Source of the DNA: an uncultured bacterium
GTDB lineage: Bacteria > Planctomycetota > UBA1135 > GCA-002686595
DNA: 64,000 bases
Direction of reading: 5' to 3'
Assembly (NCBI GenBank): GCA_943787795.1
Contig: CALSNU010000001.1
Coordinates: forward strand, 1,312,001-1,376,000
How positions within the stretch are numbered: position 1 is the first letter of the stretch; every line of letters starts with the position of its first letter. The position numbers were made by a program, and so were the translations under genes. Below are positions 42,168 through 51,227 of this stretch, one piece after another. A model generated the notes under the pieces. That model searched no databases. It was not told where the DNA came from and saw only the letters and a program-made list of their open reading frames with translations.

Positions 42168-43316
42168 GTGCACATTGCCCACGTGATGGAGGCGACGATC
42201 GGCGGCACCCGCCGCCACCTCGTGGACGTGGCCCTGGAGCAGCGGCGCCGCGGCGACGACGTCTCGCTCTTGGTCTCGACCCTGCGGGATCCCGGCTTTG
42301 AAGGGGACCTTCAGCGACTCGAGGGGGCGGGGGCCCACGTGCACCGGATCTCCATGGTGCGGCCCATCCGCCCGGCCCGCGACCTGCGCCACCTGCGCCA
42401 GATCAAGGCGGCCCTGCGTGAGCTCCGCCCGGACATCGTGCACACCCATAGCTCCAAGGGCGGTGTCCTGGGCCGACGGGCGTCCCTCTCGACAGGGATC
42501 GGCGCGCGGGTCCACACGCCGCACACGTTCGCCTTCCTCTTCGGCGCGCTCTTCGGCCGGGCGAAGCGCGCGGTGTTCCGCTCCATCGAGCGGTCGCTGG
42601 CGAGCTCGACGCACCGGGTGATCGCGGTCTCCTCCAGTGAGGCCGCGACGATCGAGGGCTCGGGGGTGGTCGATCCGTCCATCCTCAGGACGGTCCCCAA
42701 CGGCATCGATCCGGCGCGGGTCGAGGGCGCAGCAGCCGCAGACCTCGCGAGCCTCGGCCTGGACCCCGGGCTCCCGGTCGCTGCGGTGGTCGGGCTCCTC
42801 TACTCGGCGAAGGGGCAAGACCTCGCCCTCGAGGCCCTCACCGCAGAGGGGCTGGAGGGGCTGCAGGTGCTCTTCGTGGGGCCCGGAGATCAAGGACCGC
42901 TCATGGAGCTCGCCGAGCATCTCGGCGTGCAGCGGCGGGTCGCCTTCACTGGCGCACGGGAAGACGTCCCGGCGATCCTCGCCGCGTCGGACTTCCTCCT
43001 CCTGCCCTCGCGATGGGAGGGCATGCCCTACGTGGTCCTCGAGGCCATGGCGGCCTCGCGTGCGGTGGTGGCCACGCCGGTGGACGGGGCCCGGGACCTC
43101 ATCGAGGACGGCGTGAACGGGTACCTCGCCACGTCGATCTCCTCGGCGGCGCTCGCGGACGCCATGGGCCGCGCGGTGCTCGCGGGCCGCGGTCAACGGG
43201 AGACGCTCGGGCGCGCGGGTCGGGCGCGGCTCGAGGCGCGCTACAGCGTCGGGGCCATGGTCGAGCAGCTCGACGTCGTGTATCAGGAGGCGCTGGAGGC
43301 CGCGGGCAACGGGTGA
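42168..43316 (+). CDS. Glycosyltransferase family 4
   Basis: PDIVHTHSSK, VPNGID, KGQD, PSRWEGMPYVVLEAMA (EX7E). Confidence 0.93.
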   Translation: MHIAHVMEATIGGTRRHLVDVALEQRRRGDDVSLLVSTLRDPGFEGDLQRLEGAGAHVHRISMVRPIRPARDLRHLRQIKAALRELRPDIVHTHSSKGGVLGRRASLSTGIGARVHTPHTFAFLFGALFGRAKRAVFRSIERSLASSTHRVIAVSSSEAATIEGSGVVDPSILRTVPNGIDPARVEGAAAADLASLGLDPGLPVAAVVGLLYSAKGQDLALEALTAEGLEGLQVLFVGPGDQGPLMELAEHLGVQRRVAFTGAREDVPAILAASDFLLLPSRWEGMPYVVLEAMAASRAVVATPVDGARDLIEDGVNGYLATSISSAALADAMGRAVLAGRGQRETLGRAGRARLEARYSVGAMVEQLDVVYQEALEAAGNG

Positions 43317-44449
43317 AGATTGTTCACGTCCTGACCACGCTCGACGTGGGTGGTGCCGAGATGCACGTGCTCAAGCAGGTGCGCGGGCAGGTGGAGCGAG
43401 GACACGCGGTGCGGGTGCGCTTCCTCAAGGGGCAGGGCACCCTGCGCGAGGACTTCCTCGAGGCCGGCGCCGAGCGGGTGGAGCGCGCGGCGGCGGGGCC
43501 GCTGTTTCCGTTGCGGCTGCGGGCGGATCTGGGGTGGTGCGACATCGTCCACTCCCACCTCCTGAAGGCGGACGCGTTCACGGCCCTGGCAGCCCTCCTG
43601 TTCGGCGCCCGGCGCAAGCTGGTGAGCGGCAAGCACAACGATGAGCAGGTCCTGCGCCGGCCCCTGGTCAGCTGGGTCCATGGCTGGCTCGGCCGCATCC
43701 CTGCGCGCACCGTGGTGCTCTCTGATCACGTGGGCCGTTTCATCGAGACCCACGGGCGGGTGCCGCTCGCAGCTCAGTCGCGCGTGTACTACGGCCTGGA
43801 CCCCGAGCCCTTCGAGCGGGCGGCGGACGAGACCGACCGTGACGCGGTCCGGGCTCCGCTCGCGATCGACGGAGGTGACGTGGTGTTCGTCTGCGTCGCG
43901 CGCTTTGCGTCACAAAAGGCCCACGAGGTGCTCCTGCGCGCCCTCGCGATCGCCCGCGAGCAAGACCCACGTCTCCGGCTGCTGCTGGTGGGGGACGACC
44001 CCTTCGGCGACGGTCGTGAGCGGGCCGAGGCCGAGGCCCGCCGGCTGGGCCTCCTTGGAACCAGTGGGCCGGACGCCGCGGTCTTCACGGGCATCCGCCG
44101 AGACGTGCCGGCGTTGATGGCGGCCAGCGACGTCTTTTGCATGGCGTCCCGCTGGGAGGGGCTGGGCCTCGTGTTTCTCGAGGCCATGGCCGCCTCGACC
44201 CCGGTGCTCTCCACCAACGTCTCGGCCATCCCCGAGGTGGTGGTGGACGGAGAGACCGGCCGCCTCGTCCCGCCCGACGACCCGGCCGCCCTCGCGAGCG
44301 GAATGCTCGAGTTGGCCCGGGACCGAGCGCTCCGGGCGCGGCTCGGGGACGCAGGGCACCGGCGGGTGCTGACCCGCTTTGGCCTCGACCGGATGGTGGA
44401 TGAGACCATCGAGATCTACAGGGAGGTCATCTCGGCCTCGAGGCGGTAG
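43313..44449 (+). CDS. Glycosyltransferase family 4
   Basis: GTGA overlap; VGGAE, DIVHSHL, SRWEGLGLVFLEAMA (EX7E). Confidence 0.93.
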   Translation: MKIVHVLTTLDVGGAEMHVLKQVRGQVERGHAVRVRFLKGQGTLREDFLEAGAERVERAAAGPLFPLRLRADLGWCDIVHSHLLKADAFTALAALLFGARRKLVSGKHNDEQVLRRPLVSWVHGWLGRIPARTVVLSDHVGRFIETHGRVPLAAQSRVYYGLDPEPFERAADETDRDAVRAPLAIDGGDVVFVCVARFASQKAHEVLLRALAIAREQDPRLRLLLVGDDPFGDGRERAEAEARRLGLLGTSGPDAAVFTGIRRDVPALMAASDVFCMASRWEGLGLVFLEAMAASTPVLSTNVSAIPEVVVDGETGRLVPPDDPAALASGMLELARDRALRARLGDAGHRRVLTRFGLDRMVDETIEIYREVISASRR

Positions 44450-44458
44450 TTTCAGGGG

Positions 44459-47400
44459 GTGCTGCTGCTCCCCCTCTTCGCCTCCCTCTCCCTCATCGGA
44501 TCCACGCTCGACGCGGACGGGGCGGAGGTGGACTTCGCGCGGGACGTCCGTCCTCTGCTGGCGAGGCGCTGCTTCCCCTGCCATGGCAACGACGAGGAGA
44601 CCCGCGAGGCGGGGCTGCGGCTGGACCTCGAGGCGGACGCGCACCGGGATCGGGACGGCTTCCCGGCGGTGGTCCCCGGAGACACTGACGCCTCCGAGCT
44701 CTGGGTACGGATCAACGACGACCTCGACCCCATGCCGCCGGAGGACGCGGGCGCGCCCCTGGACGAGGACGAGCGCGAGCTCCTGCGTCGCTGGATCGAG
44801 GGCGGCGGCGGTTACGCCTCCCACTGGAGCTTCACGCCGCCGGAGCGTCCCGCGCTCCCGGGCGGCCCGACGGATGGGGAGCATCCGGTGGACGCCTTTG
44901 TCCTGGAGGCGCTGGAGGCCCACGGCCTCGACCTCTCCCCGGCGGCTGGCGACCGCCAGCTCATCCGGCGCCTGAGCCTCGACCTCACGGGGCTCGCGCC
45001 CACCCCCCGCTTCGCCGAGGCCTTCGCGGCCTCGGAGGACCCGGACAAGCTCGAGCGTGCGGTGGACGCGCTCCTCGACTCGCCGGCCTACGCGGAGCGG
45101 TGGGCGGCGGTCTGGCTGGATCTCGCGCGCTACGCGGACAGCACGGGCCACGGCTCGGACCCCCTGCGCACGATCTGGCGCTACCGGGACTGGGTGATCG
45201 GCGCCTACGACCGGAACCTCCCCTTCGACGAGTTCACGGTGCAGCAGCTGGCGGGCGACCTGCTCCCCGACGCGACCATGGAGACCCGTCTCGCCACCGC
45301 GTTCCACCGGAACACGATGACGAACACCGAGGGGGGCACCGACGACGAGGAGTTCCGCGTGCTCGCCGTGAAGGACCGGGTCAACACGACCATGGAGGTC
45401 TGGATGGGCGTCACCGCGGGCTGCGCCGAGTGCCACAGCCACAAGTACGACCCCGTCAGCCACGAGGAGTACTACGAGCTCTTCGACATCTTCAATCAGA
45501 CCGCGGACACCGACCGCGGCGACGATCGGCCGCGCCTCGCCACGCCGACCCCCGAGCAGGCGGACGAGAAGGCGCGCCTGGACGCGGAGCTCGCGCGTAT
45601 CGATCTCCGGATTGCCACGGCCGTCGTGGACGTGGAGGCGGGCGTCGCCCGCATGATGGAGGCCGAGCGCTTCTGGGGAGCGGCCGAGCAGCGCAAGGTT
45701 GAGCATGAGCCGGGGCAGGGCACCCGCGTGGACGTCTTCGAGGTCGACGCGATCCCGCCCGCCGGCGACGGCCCATTGGGCCTGCGTCTCTCGGCCCTGG
45801 CCTCACCCGCGCTCCCGGGCGGCGGGCCCGGAGAGAGCCCCGGCAACGGGAACTTCGTGGTGACGGACCTGCGCGTCGCCCGCGGGACTGCCGGGCCCGC
45901 GCCCGTGGCGGCGGCGGTGCGCATCGAGCTTCCAGGTTCGGGCCGCATCCTCTCCCTGGCGGAGGTCGAGGTGCTCGACGCCGACGGGAACAACCTCGCC
46001 CTCGGAGGCCGCGCGGCCCAGTCCTCCACGGGCTTCAACGGCCCGCCCCAGCTCGCGGTGGACGGCAACACCAGCGGCGTCTACGAGGACGGTTCGGTGA
46101 CCCACACGGCCACCGAGCGCGACCCCTGGTGGGAGGTGACGCTGGCCGCGCCGGCGCCGATCCACGGCCTCCGGGTCTGGAGCCGCACCGACGGGGACCT
46201 GGAGCTCCGGCTCGAGGGCTTCGAGGTGGTGCTCCTCGACGGGGCGGGCGAGCCCCTTCTGCGCACCGCGCCATGGCCCGCGCCCAACCCCGTGGCCGAG
46301 GCGCGCTTCGGCGAGGGAGGGGCCATCCCGCTCCTCGTCCGCCCCGGCTCCGCGAGCTTCGAGCAGGCCAACTTCGGGGTCGCGGCGGCGCTGGACCTCG
46401 ATCCCAAGACCGGATGGGCCATCGGGCCTCGGCAGGGCGTGGATCACGCGGCCATCTTCCAGCTCCCCGCCCAGCGGTCGGACCCGGATGGCGGCCTGCG
46501 GCTGCGGGTGACCGTCGCCCAGGAGTGGGGCTCGGACCACACGATCCGGGACCTGCGCCTCGGGGTGGGCCGCGGCGCCCGCGTACCGCTTGCGATTCCC
46601 GCCGACGTCCGCGGCCCCCTGGCCCGCCGCGCCAAAGCCGCGAACGGGGGGCCCGGGGCGGCGGAGCCCGGCGACGAGGCGAAGCTCGTGGCGTTCCTCC
46701 GGGAGCGCGACCCGCTCCTCGACATGGTCCACGAGCGGCGCGCCCAGGTGGCTGCCCAGTTGGCTGACCTGGACGTGGTGACCACGCCGGTGATGGAGGA
46801 GCTCCCAGGGGATCGGCGCCGCGATACCCACGTGATGGTCCGCGGCAACTTTCTGCAGCGCGGCGAGCAGGTGCACGCCGCCATCCCCGCGGCCTTCGGG
46901 TCCCTGGACCCCGGGGGCGCCGTGGACCGGCTGGCCTTCGCCCGCTGGCTGGTGAGCGACGAGAATCCGCTCACCGCCCGGGTGACGGTGAACCGCCTCT
47001 GGGCGCGGCTGTTCGGCCGGGGCCTGGTGGCCACGGAGGGGGACTTCGGCTCCCAGGGCGCAACGCCCACCCACCCCGAGCTGCTCGATTGGCTGGCGGT
47101 GGAGTTCCGCGAGGGCGGCTGGGACCAGAAGGCGCTCCTGAAGACGATCGTCACCAGCCGGGCCTACCGGCAGGCGTCCGCGGTCCGGCCCGAGACCCTG
47201 GAGGCCGACCCCGACGGGGTCTGGCTCTCACGCTACCCGCGCCAGCGGCTCGAGGCGGAGATGGTCCGGGACGTGACCCTGCAGGCGGCGGGGCTGCTCT
47301 CCGACAAGCGCTTCGGCCCATCCGTGTACCCGCCCCAGCCCGAGGGCCTCTGGCAGGCGGCCTTCAACGGGCAGCGGAACTGGCGTGAGAGCATGGGGGA

Positions 47401-47950
47401 GGATCGGTATCGCCGCGGGGTCTACGTCTTCATGCGGAGGACGATCCCGTACCCGATGCTCGCGACCTTCGACGCGCCAAGCCGTGAGGCGTGCACCGTC
47501 TGCCGGACGCCCACGAACACGCCGCTGCAGGCGTTCGTCACCCTGAACGACCCCGCGTTCCTGGAGCCCGCCCGCGTGCTCGGCGCCCGCTACGCCCACC
47601 GGGCCACCACCGGCGCGAGGTGGAGCCTGGAGCCTGGCCGTGAGGTCGGGGAGGGGCCCGACGGGCTCTCGCGGGCGCTCCTCGAGGAGCTGCTCTCCCA
47701 CGCGCTCCAGCGCCCCGCTGGCGCGGAGCAGCTCGATGTGCTGCAGGCTCTCCTGGGCGACGCCCGCGCGGCCTTCGCCGCGGACCCCGAGGCTGCCGGT
47801 GAGTTCGCCGGAGCGGCGGGGGCCTGGTCAACCGGGCTCGACCCCGAGGAGGCCGAGGCGCTCACCGCGGTGGACCCCGTGGACGTCGCGGCGTGGACCG
47901 TGGCCGCGAGCACGGTGCTCAACATGGACAGCTTCCTGACCAAGGAATGA
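44459..47950 (+). CDS. Planctomycete cytochrome c / DUF1549 / DUF1553 protein with an inserted F-type lectin (discoidin) domain
   Basis: VDFARDVRPLL..RCFPCHG, WLDLARYADS, GCAECHSHKYDP, NPLTARVTVNRLW, PTHPELLDWLA, TNTPLQA..TLND. Confidence 0.93.
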   Translation: MLLLPLFASLSLIGSTLDADGAEVDFARDVRPLLARRCFPCHGNDEETREAGLRLDLEADAHRDRDGFPAVVPGDTDASELWVRINDDLDPMPPEDAGAPLDEDERELLRRWIEGGGGYASHWSFTPPERPALPGGPTDGEHPVDAFVLEALEAHGLDLSPAAGDRQLIRRLSLDLTGLAPTPRFAEAFAASEDPDKLERAVDALLDSPAYAERWAAVWLDLARYADSTGHGSDPLRTIWRYRDWVIGAYDRNLPFDEFTVQQLAGDLLPDATMETRLATAFHRNTMTNTEGGTDDEEFRVLAVKDRVNTTMEVWMGVTAGCAECHSHKYDPVSHEEYYELFDIFNQTADTDRGDDRPRLATPTPEQADEKARLDAELARIDLRIATAVVDVEAGVARMMEAERFWGAAEQRKVEHEPGQGTRVDVFEVDAIPPAGDGPLGLRLSALASPALPGGGPGESPGNGNFVVTDLRVARGTAGPAPVAAAVRIELPGSGRILSLAEVEVLDADGNNLALGGRAAQSSTGFNGPPQLAVDGNTSGVYEDGSVTHTATERDPWWEVTLAAPAPIHGLRVWSRTDGDLELRLEGFEVVLLDGAGEPLLRTAPWPAPNPVAEARFGEGGAIPLLVRPGSASFEQANFGVAAALDLDPKTGWAIGPRQGVDHAAIFQLPAQRSDPDGGLRLRVTVAQEWGSDHTIRDLRLGVGRGARVPLAIPADVRGPLARRAKAANGGPGAAEPGDEAKLVAFLRERDPLLDMVHERRAQVAAQLADLDVVTTPVMEELPGDRRRDTHVMVRGNFLQRGEQVHAAIPAAFGSLDPGGAVDRLAFARWLVSDENPLTARVTVNRLWARLFGRGLVATEGDFGSQGATPTHPELLDWLAVEFREGGWDQKALLKTIVTSRAYRQASAVRPETLEADPDGVWLSRYPRQRLEAEMVRDVTLQAAGLLSDKRFGPSVYPPQPEGLWQAAFNGQRNWRESMGEDRYRRGVYVFMRRTIPYPMLATFDAPSREACTVCRTPTNTPLQAFVTLNDPAFLEPARVLGARYAHRATTGARWSLEPGREVGEGPDGLSRALLEELLSHALQRPAGAEQLDVLQALLGDARAAFAADPEAAGEFAGAAGAWSTGLDPEEAEALTAVDPVDVAAWTVAASTVLNMDSFLTKE

Positions 47951-47953
47951 GCG

Positions 47954-49405
47954 ATGGACCCCACCCAGGAAGACGCCCTCACCAGCACGCGCCGCACGTT
48001 CCTCCAGCGGGGCGTGGGCCTCGGCGCGATCGCCCTCGGCGCCATGGAGGGGGCGGCCGCCCTCGGTCAGGACGGACAGCGGCCCTCGCCGCTCGCGCCC
48101 AAGGCGCCGCCCTTGCCCGCGCGGGCCAAGCGGGTGTTGTACCTCTCCATGGCGGGGGCCCCGCCGCAGCACGACACGTTCGACTTCAAGCCCAAGCTGC
48201 AGGAGCTCGACGGGACCCCGTGCCCGGAGGCGCTCTTCGAGGGCAAGCGCCTGGCCTTCATCAAGGGGCACCCCAAGCTGCTGGCCTCGCCGCACCCCAC
48301 GACCACCGTCGATCCCCTCGGCATCGAGGTGTCGACCCTCCTGCCGGGGTTCCGTGAGTACGCGGCGGACGTGTGCGTGGTGCGGTCCATGCACACCGAC
48401 CAGTTCAACCACGCGCCGGCGGACCTCCTCATGTACACGGGGAACGCGGTCAACGGCAAGCCCTCCATGGGGGCGTGGGTCACCTGGGGCCTCGGCTCGA
48501 TCAACCAGAACCTCCCGGGCTTCGTGGTCCTGGGCTCCGGCGGGAGCGATCCCACCGGCGGCAAGGCCCTCTGGTCCAGCGGCTTCTTGCCCTCGGAGTA
48601 CCAGGGGGTGCGGCTGCGCTCCAAGGGGGACCCCGTGCTCTACGTGAGCGACCCCAAGGGCCTCGCGCGCTCCTCGCGGCGGCGCATGCTCGACGCGCTC
48701 CGACGGCTGAACGAGCTGGACCACGAGCGGCACGGGGACGATGAGACCATGGCGCGGGTGGCGCAGTACGAGCTCGCCTACCGCATGCAGATGGAGGTCC
48801 CCGAGGTGACCGACCTCTCGCGGGAGAGCGAGGCCACTCTCACGCGGTACGGCGCGAAGCCGGGGGACGGGTCGTTCGCGAGCAACTGCCTCCTGGCGCG
48901 CAACCTGCTGACCGCCGGGGTCCGCTTCGTCCAGCTCTTCGACTGGGGTTGGGACATCCACGGGACCGGGTCCGGTGACGATCTCGTCACCCAGTTCCCT
49001 GCCAAGTGCAAGGACGTGGACCAGCCCATCGCTGCGCTCATGGCGGACCTCAAGCGTACGGGCCTGCTCGAGGACACGCTCGTGATCTGGGGGGGCGAGT
49101 TCGGGCGGACGCCCATGCTCGAGGCGCGCGGCGGCTCGAAGTTCCTGGGCCGCGACCACCAGCCGGACGCGTTCTCCATCTGGATGGCGGGCGGCGGCGT
49201 GCGGGCGGGACATGTCCACGGCTCCACGGACGATCTCGGCGCTGCTGTCCACGAGGACGGCGTCTCCGTGCGCGACCTGCAGGCGACGGTGCTGCACCTG
49301 CTCGGGTTCGACGCCGAGCGTATGCGCTTCCCCTTCCAGGGGCTCGACCAGCGGCTCATCGGTCCGGCGGACGGCCCCCGGGTGGCCCGCGGGGTGCTGG
49401 CCTGA
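47954..49405 (+). CDS. DUF1501 domain protein (Tat signal)
   Basis: TRRTFL, AKRVLYL.MAGAP.QHDTFDFKP, FNHAPA, GVRFVQLF..GWD.H, WGGEFGRTP, GRDH. Confidence 0.93.
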   Translation: MDPTQEDALTSTRRTFLQRGVGLGAIALGAMEGAAALGQDGQRPSPLAPKAPPLPARAKRVLYLSMAGAPPQHDTFDFKPKLQELDGTPCPEALFEGKRLAFIKGHPKLLASPHPTTTVDPLGIEVSTLLPGFREYAADVCVVRSMHTDQFNHAPADLLMYTGNAVNGKPSMGAWVTWGLGSINQNLPGFVVLGSGGSDPTGGKALWSSGFLPSEYQGVRLRSKGDPVLYVSDPKGLARSSRRRMLDALRRLNELDHERHGDDETMARVAQYELAYRMQMEVPEVTDLSRESEATLTRYGAKPGDGSFASNCLLARNLLTAGVRFVQLFDWGWDIHGTGSGDDLVTQFPAKCKDVDQPIAALMADLKRTGLLEDTLVIWGGEFGRTPMLEARGGSKFLGRDHQPDAFSIWMAGGGVRAGHVHGSTDDLGAAVHEDGVSVRDLQATVLHLLGFDAERMRFPFQGLDQRLIGPADGPRVARGVLA

Positions 49406-50688
49406 GCGCCGAGCTAGAGCTGGAGGGCGCCGACGACAGGGAGCCGTTCCGATTCCGCGAGCGACCCGAGGACTTCATCGTGGAGGAGCTCGTGGCGGAG
49501 CCGGAGGTGGAGCAGGTCGACGGGACCCACATCTGGTTCACGGTTCAGAAGCGGGATGTCTCCACACCCGCCGCGGCCCGTCGCATCGCGAAGGCCCTGG
49601 GCCGTCGAGGGGGGGACGTGAGCTTCGCGGGCCGCAAGGACGCGGTCGCCATCACCCGCCAGCGGATGTCCGTGGAGCACGTGGACGTCGACGCGCTCAT
49701 GGGGCTCGAGCTGGACGGGTTGACCATCAGCGCCCCTCGCCGCCACCAGCGAAAGCTCCGCCCGGGGGAGCTGCGTGGCAACCGCTTCGAGCTGGTGCTG
49801 CGGGGCGTCGCGCCTCGTAGCCTCCCCGGCCTGGCCGCGGCTCTGGAGCGGCTGGGGAGAGAGGGCGTCGCGAACTTCTACGGCGAGCAGCGCTTCGGGC
49901 CCGATGGCGCCGGCCTCGATACGGCGCGCAGCCTGGTGTTTGGACCGCCCGAGGCCTACCTGGAGGCGCTGGGCCGCGCGGGTCGACCCGAGCAGCTCGA
50001 GCCCGCCCTGGAGCTGCTGAGGCGGGCCAGGGCAGGGACGAGCGGCGAGCGCCGGCGCGCCGACGAGCTGTGCCCGGACCTTCCGCTCGACCTCGTCCCG
50101 GTCGCCAAGCAGCTGGCCCGGAGGCGGGCGAGCGACGTCTGTGACCTGCTGGCCGCCGTGCCTCGCGTGTCGCGGTCGTTTCACCTGGCGATCCTCCAGG
50201 CCAAGGTGTTCAACGATGTTCTGGGGCGCCGGGTCCAGGACGGGACCTCGGCCGAGGCCCTCGAGGGAGACCTGGTCCTCCGGGAGGACGGGCGGCACGG
50301 ATACGTCTCGCCGGAACGTCCGTCCGCGGACGGCGCCGTCCCCTCGGGCCCCATGTGGGCGCCGGGCCTCAGGCTCGCGGAGGGGCAGCCCGGGACGATC
50401 GAGCGAGCCGCCCTCGCGGCCGAGGGCCTGACTCCGGATCACCCTGAGCGGCCGGGCGGGCTCTCGCCGCGAGGCAGCCGGCGTGACCTGCGCGTCCCTG
50501 TGTCCGAAGCGGCGCTGGACGTGCTGGAGACGGGCGTAGGGCTCGGCCCTGCTGCTGCGGAGGCACCCGGTGTCGCCGGTGCAGGCGAAGGCCGCCGCGC
50601 CGCCCGGCTCCGCTTCGGCCTCCCGCCGGGCGCCTACGCGACGGTGGTCCTGGATCAGCTGCGCGCGGCGTGTCTCGATCCGGGTTAG
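49402..50688 (+). CDS. truD: tRNA pseudouridine(13) synthase TruD
   Basis: PEDFIVEE, SFAGRKDAVAITRQ (catalytic Asp), GNRFELVLR, NFYGEQRFG, FGLPPGAYATVVL; start inferred as CTG at 49402. Confidence 0.92.
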   Translation: MSAELELEGADDREPFRFRERPEDFIVEELVAEPEVEQVDGTHIWFTVQKRDVSTPAAARRIAKALGRRGGDVSFAGRKDAVAITRQRMSVEHVDVDALMGLELDGLTISAPRRHQRKLRPGELRGNRFELVLRGVAPRSLPGLAAALERLGREGVANFYGEQRFGPDGAGLDTARSLVFGPPEAYLEALGRAGRPEQLEPALELLRRARAGTSGERRRADELCPDLPLDLVPVAKQLARRRASDVCDLLAAVPRVSRSFHLAILQAKVFNDVLGRRVQDGTSAEALEGDLVLREDGRHGYVSPERPSADGAVPSGPMWAPGLRLAEGQPGTIERAALAAEGLTPDHPERPGGLSPRGSRRDLRVPVSEAALDVLETGVGLGPAAAEAPGVAGAGEGRRAARLRFGLPPGAYATVVLDQLRAACLDPG

Positions 50689-50798
50689 CGGCGGGTAAGC
50701 ACCGCGGTCGCCCTGGGGTCCAGGCCATGGTCGCGCCGATCAATGGGTGGATGGGCGCGACCTCCTCATTGACTCACTCGAATCCGTTCAATCCTCCG

Positions 50799-51227
50799 AT
50801 GGCGGATCGGACCTTCGTGGGAACGCGGACGGATCGGCGCCATCAGCCGACGCCCCGTCTCTCGCTGTATTCGCTGGGGGGCGGTCGCCGCCGGAATGCC
50901 CAGCGGCTCGGGGAGCGGGAGGGCTCCTTCGTGGACGCCTACTCGGCCTGGGTCTTCCTCTGGATCCTGTGGGTCGCGGCCATGAACGTGGGGGACAGCT
51001 TCTTCACGCTCGTGCACCTCCAGGCCGGCGGGGTCGAGGTCAACCCGGTGGCGGCCGCGATGCTCAAGACGGGCCGGTTTGGCTTCGTCTTCCTGAAGGC
51101 GGCGGTCATCAGCGCCGCGCTCCTCGTGCTGACGGTGCACAAGAACTTCAGCATGGCCCGGATCGGGCTGTGGGTCTCGACGATCGCCTACACCGCGCTG
51201 GTCATCTATCACCTGACGCTCTTCTGA
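50799..51227 (+). CDS. DUF5658-like membrane protein
   Basis: TDRR...GGRRR N-terminus; D.FFTL....GGVEVNPV; three TM helices. Confidence 0.75.
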   Translation: MADRTFVGTRTDRRHQPTPRLSLYSLGGGRRRNAQRLGEREGSFVDAYSAWVFLWILWVAAMNVGDSFFTLVHLQAGGVEVNPVAAAMLKTGRFGFVFLKAAVISAALLVLTVHKNFSMARIGLWVSTIAYTALVIYHLTLF

